Positions 32,979 through 43,133 of a stretch of DNA of 64,000 nt are shown here, in pieces (the stretch's first letter is position 1; each line of letters starts with the position of its first letter). This DNA comes from an uncultured Spirochaetota bacterium. GTDB taxonomy: Bacteria; Spirochaetota; UBA4802; UBA5550. The position numbers and the translations under genes are program-made. The stretch is taken from positions 256,001-320,000 of the forward strand of contig CAWHAA010000005.1 of NCBI GenBank assembly GCA_963827275.1, read 5' to 3'. The notes below the pieces were generated by a model that had not been told where the DNA came from, searched no databases, and saw nothing but the letters and a program-made list of their open reading frames with translations.

Positions 32979-34163
32979 ATAGCTCTCTCACTATCCCCAC
33001 ACAGCTCCCCTACCCTCATCTCAACCAACCGATCCATCCCAAACAACCTCAACCCCTTCAAGGCACACCACTCATCCAGATACAGTTGAGAATACTCTGG
33101 CCTGATATACCCATACCCAGCCAGAAAGGAATGCTTCAATACACGTTGGAACCCTTCTGCCGTCTGACTATGGACTCCCTTACAGCTCCATCTCTCTCTA
33201 CTCCAGACATTCCTCTTCAAATCCTTTGCCCGTTTCGAGTGGTTTACTGACCGATGATTGTCATTATATCGCTTCAACCACGGATAACCGGCATCAGAAA
33301 ATATCGGAGCATGCTCAGGCAAGAAATCCAGTAAGGGCATAATCGTTCTTTGTCTTTGATCAGGAATAGAATCAAATATGACTGGCCCTTTCTTTATCCC
33401 AATCGTGGAAACCAATGTCCCGATCTGGTACTTACCCTTCTCCAGAGCCACAGAATCGGACAGGTAGATGCTGGAGGTCTGGCCGTTGTGCTTGTACCGT
33501 GCTCTGTAGCCATTAGAGCCTTTTCTAGCTGAAAACAGGGCAACTGTATCCATTGATACTACCGGTTTGCTCTGGATTAATCCTGAGAGGTCTGAAGCGG
33601 TATCCTTGGGGAATCTAAAGCCTTCTGGGAACTCCTTCTGGATCTCCTCTGTCATGATCTGTTTAATAACGGGGATAAACTCCCTCAGGAATAACTGTAA
33701 CCGCCTCTTGAGTAAGGTGGCGGTGTTGTTGGAACATTGGAGTCTTCTTTGTATACTTGAGGCTGTCAGGACTTGAGGATGGATGTTGAGAGCTTCTGTT
33801 AGGATATATGAGAATGTCCAGAGCGGAAGTCTGAGATTGTGCAATGGGGTTTGGGAAGTACGTGATCCTTGGTAATAGCACTGGGGACAACGGATTGCAT
33901 TTTCTCTGGTCGCTATTTCATTAGTAAGTCTTGTTTGGCAATGGGGACAGTACTTGGGATAGAGTGGAGTTAAGGATCTGTTTGGTTAGTTGGGTGTAAT
34001 ATTGGATGTTGATCTGGGGGAATCTTGTTGAGAATTGGGTCTTGGCATTTTGGTGAAAATGTATAGGTTGTGGGGAGTGTGAAGGAGAGATATAGGTCTT
34101 ACCCTTGAAATATGGTAAAACTGACAGACCCTGATTCATCCCCATTTTTTTTAATGATTGCAT
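32891..34163 (-). CDS. IS1595-like DDE transposase, N-terminal/core part: has start, lacks native C-terminus, +1 frameshift at ~33962
   Basis: RBS GGAGGGG before ATG 34163; CPHC..CPQC Zn ribbon; SMDT / FSDAGY / HRSVNHS / HSQTAEGF..LK; runs into antisense comM. Confidence 0.85.
32971..32978 (+). repeat. Left target-site duplication GCCGGTGC
   Basis: Identical 8-mer at 61239-61246; removing the element plus one copy restores a 503-aa ComM frame. Confidence 0.9.
32979..34091. repeat. Left terminal direct repeat (1113 bp) with IRL at 32979-33001 and IRR at 34069-34091
   Basis: Matches 60127-61238 by eye except an extra G at ~33962; IRL ATAGCTCTCTCACTATCCCCACA vs reverse-complemented IRR ATCTCTCCTTCACACTCCCCACA. 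Confidence 0.93.
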
Positions 34164-34187
34164 ATAATATCCCCTCCAAGATGCATC

Positions 34188-34217
34188 ATGGTATACAAAT
34201 TAATCGATAGCGGTCAA
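34188..34217 (-). promoter_or_regulatory. Candidate sigma70 promoter for the transposase
   Basis: TTGACC-N18-TACCAT just upstream of the RBS. Confidence 0.4.
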
Positions 34218-34286
34218 TTAATTATTTTATCTTATTGTCAAACGGGAAGAAACACTGATGGTAAGGGATTTATTAATTTTTAGTTT

Positions 34287-35240
34287 TTATCTATTTTTAA
34301 TAAAGTAGCGAAATTGCGTGGGCTCAAGAACATCATCCTCTGGATTCCACGGATCTTGATGATATCGTATATTCCCACCTGAGGCAATCCAGTCTTTTCC
34401 ATCCCTTTGCAATATTATTCCAGATATAACTATCAAGACTGAATATCCAGTATTATTGCGGGCATGTTGTAATTCACCATTTGTTAATAACACACTATCA
34501 CCATTGCCGGTGGTTCCTTTCACCTCAATAAATCTTTTCTCATTATTTTTTATAGCTAATAAATCATAAGACTGAGTTGATGACATATCTTCTATTACCC
34601 AACCTAATTCTTTGTATTTTGAAATTGCCACTTGCATTGCTCTTAATTCAACAGCCTTACGCTGAGGCTGGGACAGGCCAAATCCTTGCCCATCAGAAAA
34701 ACCCACTTGATTGACATTAGTTTTTGTAGACATAGGAAAACCCAGTTTTTCATGTAGTGCTTTCTCGTTTAATGGAAGGATAGAGAGTTGCGCCTTCAAT
34801 CCATCTGGGGTTAGTGAGCATTTTTTTATTTCTTGAACCGAAGGCGGATTATCAAGGATCTGAAAATTCTCAATGGAAGCAACGTATGACATTACATCTG
34901 TTTGAGTTACTACAGGATTTGCAAATTCATATGCGCATGAACCGCATTTCCATTTAGGAGTTTTTTTTATTCTTTCTCGAATATCAGTAGAGTTGCAATC
35001 TTGATTCGGACACCGGCGATGAGTTTTAATATCTTGAGATTTATTAATATCTCCCACTTCGCCCAACCCGATTATTTTATCATCCTTGCGGACTACTACT
35101 ACATCTCCAGAACCAAGGCTTTTATGGTTAGGGACTAAGCTGTCATAATGATATTCTTCTCCGGTTTTGTCACTATAACTATCTATACCTTGAGATATTC
35201 GAGTCTTGTCAGATTTTTCGAGAATTAACCAACAGGCCAT
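34287..35240 (-). CDS. DUF3883 (PD-(D/E)xK) nuclease-domain protein with N-terminal domain and Zn ribbon
   Basis: AVELRAM, SYDL....FIEVKGTT, LTNGE; CPNQDC...CGSC. Confidence 0.75.
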   Translation of the reverse strand: MACWLILEKSDKTRISQGIDSYSDKTGEEYHYDSLVPNHKSLGSGDVVVVRKDDKIIGLGEVGDINKSQDIKTHRRCPNQDCNSTDIRERIKKTPKWKCGSCAYEFANPVVTQTDVMSYVASIENFQILDNPPSVQEIKKCSLTPDGLKAQLSILPLNEKALHEKLGFPMSTKTNVNQVGFSDGQGFGLSQPQRKAVELRAMQVAISKYKELGWVIEDMSSTQSYDLLAIKNNEKRFIEVKGTTGNGDSVLLTNGELQHARNNTGYSVLIVISGIILQRDGKDWIASGGNIRYHQDPWNPEDDVLEPTQFRYFIKNR

Positions 35241-35262
35241 AGGTCCCTCGATAAAAAACGTC

Positions 35263-35664
35263 TTATATCTTAGCCTTAATTTTTGAAAAAATGGTCATCA
35301 TTTTTTTTTTGCCAATTTCACATTCCCAAATTCTATAAACAACCCAGCCATCTCTTTTAAGCTTCCTATTAACGGTTCTGTCTCTATTTTTGTTAGCGGA
35401 TATCTTTCTTTCCCAAAATTCCATGTTTGATTCTGGTATCTTTGCACATTTGTGCCCATGCCAGAAACATCCGTCGACAAACAGAGCAATCTTCTTTTGG
35501 GGGAATACGAAATCGGGCTTGCCAAATATTTTAAATTTTCTTCGCCAACCGATAACTTTTTCTTGTCGTAGATGAAGTATTATTTTTAGTTCGGTACTTT
35601 TATTTCCACTTCCCCGGATACGTGACATGTTCCAAGAGCGGTGTTCGCTGGAAAGACGATCCAT
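35263..35664 (-). CDS. vsr: Very-short-patch repair endonuclease
   Basis: MD.LS...RS.NMSRI, GKPDFVF, FVDGCFWHGH, RIWEC. Confidence 0.93.
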   Translation of the reverse strand: MDRLSSEHRSWNMSRIRGSGNKSTELKIILHLRQEKVIGWRRKFKIFGKPDFVFPQKKIALFVDGCFWHGHKCAKIPESNMEFWERKISANKNRDRTVNRKLKRDGWVVYRIWECEIGKKKMMTIFSKIKAKI

Positions 35665-36419
35665 CAGATGACCTTGGCACGTTTCCATCTCGCCATGGCC
35701 GGGTCGAGGTGGTCAGTAAAAAAATCCTCAAATGATAGAATGTTGGGTGCTGATGAATAAACGGTGTTGCCATTCATTATTTTTTCAGGAACAACCAGAT
35801 ATATCCGGTTATTAAGCATCTCTTTTGATTGCTTTTCTGATACTCCCTCGTCAATGGTTGCCAAAAATAGCCCCTTGCCTTTAACACCTTCTGTGGCAAT
35901 TTGACGCCACCTTTCCCTCAATGTTCTTTTTGCTGTGAAAATAATACAGTCCGGGGCATTTTTATTGTAATGGTCTTTCGATGGTAATAGAAAATCAGGT
36001 TTTCCGTTTATTATACACTGTTCCTCAAAAGGATAATCAAGATTACGGAAAAGTGTTCTGATTATTGTTTCGAATGTCTTTCCCGCTCTTGCTTTTCTAC
36101 TCTGAGACAGGGACATGAAAAATTCATTAAGAGCTGGGAAAATAGCTTTATCCTGTTTTTCATCAAGATAATTCTTGATGACTTTTTCTCCGATCTTTTT
36201 TTCATAATTCAAGTATATCTGGTAACACTCATCACCCATATCCTGAACAATTTTGCTAAACTTTTCCTTCAGATCTTTTTTTGAATACCCTTTGTTGAGT
36301 ATTGCATCCATGCCACGTTTTGCAACAGTTTCAAGATTAGGCACTAACTTTTGGAAATCATCAAACATTTTCATACTATCAACCAGCCTTGTTCCTGATT
36401 CTTTTATCATCTCCAACAA
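35664..36419 (-). CDS. Type II restriction endonuclease, EcoRII-C/SsoII/PspGI-like
   Basis: [24 protein letters not shown]. Confidence 0.88.
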   Translation of the reverse strand: MLEMIKESGTRLVDSMKMFDDFQKLVPNLETVAKRGMDAILNKGYSKKDLKEKFSKIVQDMGDECYQIYLNYEKKIGEKVIKNYLDEKQDKAIFPALNEFFMSLSQSRKARAGKTFETIIRTLFRNLDYPFEEQCIINGKPDFLLPSKDHYNKNAPDCIIFTAKRTLRERWRQIATEGVKGKGLFLATIDEGVSEKQSKEMLNNRIYLVVPEKIMNGNTVYSSAPNILSFEDFFTDHLDPAMARWKRAKVI

Positions 36420-37389
36420 GTTTTTGCTGTTTTAATGAATCCAGTACAGATTCCGCTATCTTTTCTACAACTTTGACAACAACAGCATTCCCAAATTGTC
36501 TATAGGCTTGGGTATCTGATACTGGAATTTTAAATGTATCAGGAAACCCCATAAGACGAGCGCATTCTCTCGGGGTGAGACGTCTGGGATTTTTCCCTTT
36601 TTGTCTGATTAGAATTTCTGATCCATCTTTGTAATAACGAGCACTCAATGTTCTTGTAACATCATTAGGGCCGACCAAACCGAATCCAAAACCATTACCC
36701 TTTTCGGCATGTTTTTTTGCATAATCTTGAAGATATTTCCAAAGGTGATCTGAAAGCGTATATTTCTTATCGACCTTATGTTCAAGTATTGAGCCGAGCT
36801 TCGGCCCGGATGGATCCATTTCCGGGAATTCATATAAGAGGGGGCGGTCGAATCCGACAATGAATATTCGTTCTCTATGCTGTGGAGTAACGCTTTTCGC
36901 ATCGATTACTTTATAGTACACCGTATAGCCAAGCTTTTCTGTAAGCGTTTTGTAAATGATATTAAATGTCCGCCCCTTATCATGAGTGATAAGATTCTTA
37001 ACATTTTCAAGTACAAAAGCACTTGGGCGGAGGTCTTTTATTATCCGGGCTAATTCAAAAAAAAGATTACCTTGTTTCTCATCGTCGAATCCGTGCTTAC
37101 GCCCAAGGCTGTTTTTCTTCGAAACACCAGCTATGCTGAATGGTTGACATGGGAATCCGGCGCATAAAATATCAAAAGATGGAATGTCGGAACTTTTAAC
37201 GGAATGTATATCCCCGACAGGTTTTTCGACAAAATTTGATTCGTATGTAATTTGCGAGTACTTGTCCCAATCACAGGAAAATACACATTCGCCACCAAAT
37301 TTCTCAAATGCAAGTCGGAACCCACCTATCCCGCAAAAAAGATCTATAAAGCGGAATGTATCACGAATGTGTTTTGTCGCTCTTCTCAT
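36379..37389 (-). CDS. dcm: C5 cytosine DNA methyltransferase, Dcm/M.EcoRII-like
   Basis: [52 protein letters not shown]. Confidence 0.93.
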   Translation of the reverse strand: MRRATKHIRDTFRFIDLFCGIGGFRLAFEKFGGECVFSCDWDKYSQITYESNFVEKPVGDIHSVKSSDIPSFDILCAGFPCQPFSIAGVSKKNSLGRKHGFDDEKQGNLFFELARIIKDLRPSAFVLENVKNLITHDKGRTFNIIYKTLTEKLGYTVYYKVIDAKSVTPQHRERIFIVGFDRPLLYEFPEMDPSGPKLGSILEHKVDKKYTLSDHLWKYLQDYAKKHAEKGNGFGFGLVGPNDVTRTLSARYYKDGSEILIRQKGKNPRRLTPRECARLMGFPDTFKIPVSDTQAYRQFGNAVVVKVVEKIAESVLDSLKQQKLVGDDKRIRNKAG

Positions 37390-37620
37390 AACAACCAGTA
37401 TTAATTATTATGTCTTATTATTCAAACAGAATTTATGCTTCATTCTAATAAAAACACTTGATAATATTACATATTAAAGCTTTGTTATTATTATATATTC
37501 TCAGTCTTATAATAATATTCCAAGTAGGCAAAACGCTGGTGATCCCAACGGCACCCTCTCGCTGGAATTAAAATGAAGAAGAGGTTAAGCAAGTAAATAA
37601 TCCTTAATTAAGGAAAGTAT

Positions 37621-37860
37621 ATGATACAAAAACTATCAGAACTCTGGGATGCCCTAACCAAGACACCAGAATGGAAAGCATTCAATGATCATCTCAAGCA
37701 ACATATCAAATCATGGGAACATATACATGATTTTTGTGATTATTCCGGAACAGCGGATCCTGAACATGACGAAGAGGAAGAATACTTGTATCACATCGAG
37801 AAATGTATAGATCGTATATCAAACAAGTATCTACCAAAGCTTGGAAAAGACCGTAAATAA
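37621..37860 (+). CDS. Hypothetical protein
   Basis: 79-aa ORF with RBS AAGGA. Confidence 0.5.
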   Translation: MIQKLSELWDALTKTPEWKAFNDHLKQHIKSWEHIHDFCDYSGTADPEHDEEEEYLYHIEKCIDRISNKYLPKLGKDRK

Positions 37861-38008
37861 TTTCGTTGATATTAAATTTAAAGCCCCATGTTCAGTGTTT
37901 TTTTATGTCGATTGCATCATGGATATTTTAAATTCAATAATAGATGAATCTTCACAGGTGAAGTAACCACAATTTAAAATGAAACTGAGATTGCTTATTT
38001 AATTTATT

Positions 38009-38521
38009 ATGAATATAAAATATTATTTCGATCTAAGAAGCAAATATCAGCCGAAAAGCTTAAATATAGTTTTTATTTTCGAATCTCCTCCAGTGTCAGG
38101 TAAATACTTTTATAACAAAGAAGGAAGCATTAAGGAGCCGCTATTTTCGGCAATGATGAAGCTGTTAAACTATAATCCAAAGAATAAACAAGAAGGTCTA
38201 ACCCATTTTGCTGATTTTGGGTATTTAATTGTTGATTCAACGTATGAGCCAGTCAACAACCTTAAAGGCAAAAAGCGGGATGATAAGATCCTTGAGAATT
38301 ATAATAATCTAATTATGGATCTGAAAGAGATGGGCGATCCAAAGGATCTAAGTCTTATACTGGTGAAGGCTAACATATGCCGGTTGCTTGAAAAAAGGTT
38401 GTTAGAAGCTGGTTTCAATGTGCAAAATAATGGTATTATAATTCCTTTCCCATCAACAGGACAGCAAAACAAGTTTCTAATAGAAATTCGGAAGGTCCTT
38501 GCAAATGATTCGGCTGTATAA
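38009..38521 (+). CDS. Uracil-DNA glycosylase-superfamily-like protein
   Basis: IVFIFESPP near the N-terminus and IPFPS near the C-terminus resemble UDG-like motifs A and B. Confidence 0.5.
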   Translation: MNIKYYFDLRSKYQPKSLNIVFIFESPPVSGKYFYNKEGSIKEPLFSAMMKLLNYNPKNKQEGLTHFADFGYLIVDSTYEPVNNLKGKKRDDKILENYNNLIMDLKEMGDPKDLSLILVKANICRLLEKRLLEAGFNVQNNGIIIPFPSTGQQNKFLIEIRKVLANDSAV

Positions 38522-38558
38522 TTTGGTTGATTGGCATTTAAGGACGAAGGATTGTTAA

Positions 38559-41356
38559 ATGGATATTAGTATTCAAGAAATTGAAATTGCTTATAGAAAA
38601 TTAAAATCATACTTTTATTACGACAATACTTCACATTATTTTCGCAAGGCATTGGCGGAATTTGAGTCAAAAGATGGTTTTGAAAATAGATTATCTAACT
38701 TATGTGAATTTTTGAATAATTATAATAGTGTTGATTCACAAAACTATTTTTCTGAAATCGTTGAAAGAATCTCCTTTATTAGTCTACCAAAACGAATTAG
38801 TTATAAAAATCATGATTATGTTATTTCTAATCAAGTTGAAGATTCAAAATACACTATTGATAAATTGACATTCTTAATTGATGCACCAATTGAAGTGCAT
38901 ATTATATCTGTATTGTGGATTTTAAAGATTGGCGTGCAAGTTGCCTACTAATTATAAAACATATTTATACGGCAATAGAATTCAATTTAATTATAATTCC
39001 AATGAAGTTAAATCAGGATTACAATTATTTAAACCATATTATAAACAATATCAAAATTGGCGAAATAATGGACTTAGGAGTATTGAAAATTGTTTAGATA
39101 ATAATATAAATGTCGCCATGTTATTGCTGGACGTTAAAAATTATTACCACTCAGTAAAATTTTCATTTAATAAATTTAATGATTCCATTAATAATCTTAA
39201 TATTGAGAAAAGCTTTTTGCTACTTAATAAGTTATTATATGAAATTCATTATTCTTATACAAAAATAATCAACATACATACTGACGAAAAACACAATGAT
39301 GGCACCACTATATTACCAATAGGTTTATTATCATCAGGTATTTTGGCGGATTGGTATCTAAATGATTTTGATGAAAAAACGATAGCTCAAATCAAACCAT
39401 TATATTACGGTAGATATGTTGACGATGTTTTAATTGTCATAGAAAGCCCGAATATTGATAAGCAAAAAGATGATTTACTCGATGAGTTTCTTACAGATTA
39501 TTTTATTATAAAAAATGAAATCTTAACAAAGAAAGGAAATAAAGTTTATAAGATAAATAACTACCGAGGATTAGAAATACAAAAAGATAAAATAAAACTA
39601 TATCTATTAGATGCTAATGCTTCGAAAGCTGGTTTGAAAAAATTTGAAAACACCATCCGTAGGAATAGTAGTGAATTCCGTTTTTTACCTGATGAAGATG
39701 AAGTAAATGCAAATTTTGATGAAGAAGCTTATTCGATTATTTATTCTGATTCAATAAATAAACTACGAAGTGTCGAGGGTTTGGTGCACGATAAATATAA
39801 TATTTTTAGTAATAAATAACAATAGGAGGGCTTTTGGTTTTTTTATAAAAGAAGTTAATTCTCAAATAGATAAAATAAAAATTGCAAGTCCCGAGCTTGA
39901 GAAACGTACGATTTACTTTTTAAAAGATTATTTAACTATATCAGCATCAATTCCAATCTCACTTAATTTGTCATTTGCCGACGATCTCTTGTTTGATTGC
40001 TCAGTTTGGATTCATTATTGGAATATTCAAAATCTATAAGAATTTCCAATTTATTTAGACATAATTATGTTTACTATCCTCTATTTAACTTCACAGACAT
40101 GAGTTACAATTATTCAATAAATCTTTTAGATAAAGATATCAATAATTATCCATTTGTTAGATCATCGAATTATGGCATAACACATAATCATATAAAATAT
40201 ACACCTCGATTTGTTCATCTATATGAAGTTCAATTATATTTGATGTATTATAATTTGATTATCACTAAAATCAATAATGATAAAAATGATTTCAGTGAAT
40301 ATATCAATGAAAAACATTTATCAGAAATAACTATTGAATTATATTCAAATATTAACTACGGACGAGGAGATACTGATGAAAGAGAATATACATGATGGGT
40401 TTGGTTTTAAACAGAAAATCTTGAAACAGATTCCAGAGAGACAGGATGATGAAGAAATCGGTATTCGGATTGTTGAGCATTATTTTGAATTTGAAGAAAA
40501 AGAAAAGAAGTCAATAAGGGTGGGAATAGCAAACCTTAAAATAAATCATGATGATAGTTTAGATAATATTAAAAATCCTAATTTATCTTTTAGCAAGAAA
40601 CAAAAACTATGGAAACTATTGAATTTAATGGAAAGAGAGGATTGTGATCTATTTGTATTACCGGAACTATCTATTCCACATGAATGGCTTCAAAATTTAG
40701 CTAAATTTTCAGACGAAAATCAAAAAGCTATTATTTTTGGATTAGAACATTTCAAAGACAAATATAATCGAGTTTATAATTTAATTGTAACAATATTGCC
40801 ATTCAAAATATTTGGTTATAAAGCATCATATATTAGATATCGTTTAAAAAACCATTACTCGCCAGAAGAAAAAAGACAGTTAATAAACTTAGGGTATAGA
40901 ATACCAATACCATTGGTATATTGTTATGATTTATTTTCATGGAATGGGGTGTCTTTTTCGTGCTACAATTGTTTTGAATTCACAGATATAAATCATAGGA
41001 GTTTGTTTAAATCTGACGTGGATTTTATCGTTGCTGTAGAATATAATAAAGATATAAATTATTTTTCAAATATTGTTGAATCGATTGCAAGAGATATTCA
41101 TTGTTATGTTATTCAAGTCAATAATTCCTGTTGGGGTGATTCGCGCATAACTCAACCATCACCAACTGAAATAAAAGATATAATAAAAATAAAAGGTGGC
41201 GAAAATAGTGCTATTTTAATAGGCGTTATTGATATAGATAAACTTAGAAATTTTCAAATACAAGATTATGAAACACAAAGAAATGATGAAAACTTCAAAC
41301 CCACACCACCAGATTTTGATCAAGATAATGTGAGAAGACGCATGGGCCTTCTGTGA
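38559..41356 (+). pseudogene. Reverse transcriptase-nitrilase fusion (DRT1/UG1-like), fragmented into about 5 ORFs
   Basis: AYRKLKSY.YYDN; LDVKNYY; LPIG; YGRYVDD; nitrilase triad PEL / K.HY / CFE; WGDSRI..P. Confidence 0.8.
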
Positions 41357-41755
41357 TAAAGTTATAATTGTGATGGATTTTAGTGATATTCCACTAAAAT
41401 AAGTTATAATTTTCTTTATAATACAGAATGAATATCTTTTGTAAAATAACAAACAAATTTATAACTAATCCATTGTAATAGATTTATCACTTATCAAAAA
41501 TATTTTTTAAAAAATAATCAATTGGCTTGTTATATAATTTCGCAAATCGCATCAACTCCACCACATCAACCCGCCGCTCACCAGATTCACATTTTGAAAT
41601 ATACGATTGGGATTGTTTCAGCTTTTTGGCAATGGCCAACTGAGTAAAGCCGGACTCTTCACGGGCTTTTCTGAGGTTCTGATCCCACCCCTTAAATTTG
41701 TACCACGAGATAGTTTAGTTTTAACCGATAAATAATCAAGACTAATGAGGTTAAA

Positions 41756-42028
41756 ATGAAAAAACGATTCTCAGAAGAGCAGATTGTCAGGATCCTCGGT
41801 GAGCATAAGGCGGGAAAAAAGGTAAAGGATATCGCCCGAGAACACGGCATTAGTGAGAACTCCTTTTATATCTGGAAGCGCAAATATGGAGATATGAGCT
41901 CTCAGGAAATTGTTCGATTGCGACTACTTGAAGATGAAAATACACGATTAAAGAAACTGGTTGCCGATTTATCCCTGGATAACATGGCACAGAAGGAGAT
42001 CATAAAAAAGTTCTGCGACCCGGAGTGA
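41756..42028 (+). CDS. IS3 transposase OrfA
   Basis: KKRFSEEQI..HGIS...Y.WKRKYG..LEDEN.RLKKLVADL. Confidence 0.92.
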   Translation: MKKRFSEEQIVRILGEHKAGKKVKDIAREHGISENSFYIWKRKYGDMSSQEIVRLRLLEDENTRLKKLVADLSLDNMAQKEIIKKFCDPE

Positions 42029-42880
42029 AGAGAGAGGCAGTAAGCTATCTGATGAGTAGCTTCGGGTTTTCGATACGACGATCATGCAAGGTTTCCTGTA
42101 TGGCTCGTTCTACATTCTCATATAGTCCGCAGCCAAATGATGACGCACGAATCATTGGAGAGATAGATTCGATCCTTTCAAAAAATTCAAAATATGGCTG
42201 CGGAATGATACAGCTCAAGCTGAGGCAAAAAGGGATACTGATTAATCATAAGCGTACAGAAAGGATATATAAAGAGCATGGGCTGCAATTACGAGCGCGG
42301 AAACGTCGGAAAAAGATAGCTTCATTAGAACGATCACCCGTTGAATTGCCGAATGAACCTGGCGTCATATGGGCTTTAGATTTCATTCATGACTCGGTGG
42401 GCTTTAAAAAGAATCTCAAAATACTGACAGCGATTGACCCTGTAACGAATCATTCGCCACTTATTCATACTGGATTTTCAATAACGGGTAAGGATGTTTC
42501 TGAACTACTTGAAAGAGCATGTGAATCCTTTGGGTATCCAGAATTTATACAATGTGACAATGGTCCTGAATTTAGAAGCCAGGAACTCGACCGTTGGTGC
42601 TATGAAAAGGGGATTAAAATAATTTTCACAAGGCCCGGCAAGCCATCAGATAATTGCCACATAGAAAGTTTTAATGGAACATTTCGGAATGAATGTCTCA
42701 GTGCTCATTATTTTAAAAAACTGAGTACAGCCAGAGAGATTATTCATGAATGGTGGGAGAGAATATAACGAGGAAAGACCTCAAAAGAGATTAAAAGGGA
42801 TGACGCCAAAACAATATAATGATATGTTAGTAATCGAGAAAACTAAACTTGAAGCTGGTCGAATTGTGGGTGCAGGATCA
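42025..42880 (+). CDS. IS3 transposase OrfB (DDE); frameshift near 42757
   Basis: WALDF, CDNGPEF, IESFNG.FR.ECL; YNEERP continues in another frame. Confidence 0.88.
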
Positions 42881-43133
42881 GTTCTTCAGAAAGTTCTGAT
42901 ATTCGGTTGTATATATTGAATTTTTCACTTGCCATAGTATAAATCCTATATTAGAATATCCCAAATTGGAATATTTCAATCCACGCAAAAATCGAATAAA
43001 TTATAACAGTTATTATTTGCCGATCCCCTCTCCGGGGGATGACGGATGTGTATTTGTATAATATTTTAATGAAGTTATATAGGAGACGGCCATGAGAGAC
43101 AACTTAAGGGAGTTTATTGGAAGGATTGCCAAA

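Larger units (their letters stand above)
41680..42880 (+). mobile_element. IS3-family element (IS407-like), 1201 bp
   Basis: TG...CA ends with IRs (TGATCC..), 4-bp TSD GTTC (41676-41679 / 42881-42884), orfA/orfB with AAAAAAG slippery site at 42004. Confidence 0.93.
41487..42928 (-). pseudogene. XRE-family HTH regulator interrupted by an IS3 element
   Basis: Rejoined frame reads MKNSIYTTEYQNFLKN|LRKAREESGFTQLAIAKKLKQSQSYISKCESGERRVDVVEL... Confidence 0.85.

Noticed and set aside
38559..41356. Group II intron, retron or DGR reverse transcriptase
   Set aside because: The nitrilase fusion and YVDD context fit the defence RT class; no TR/VR pair, msr-msd or intron ends were seen.
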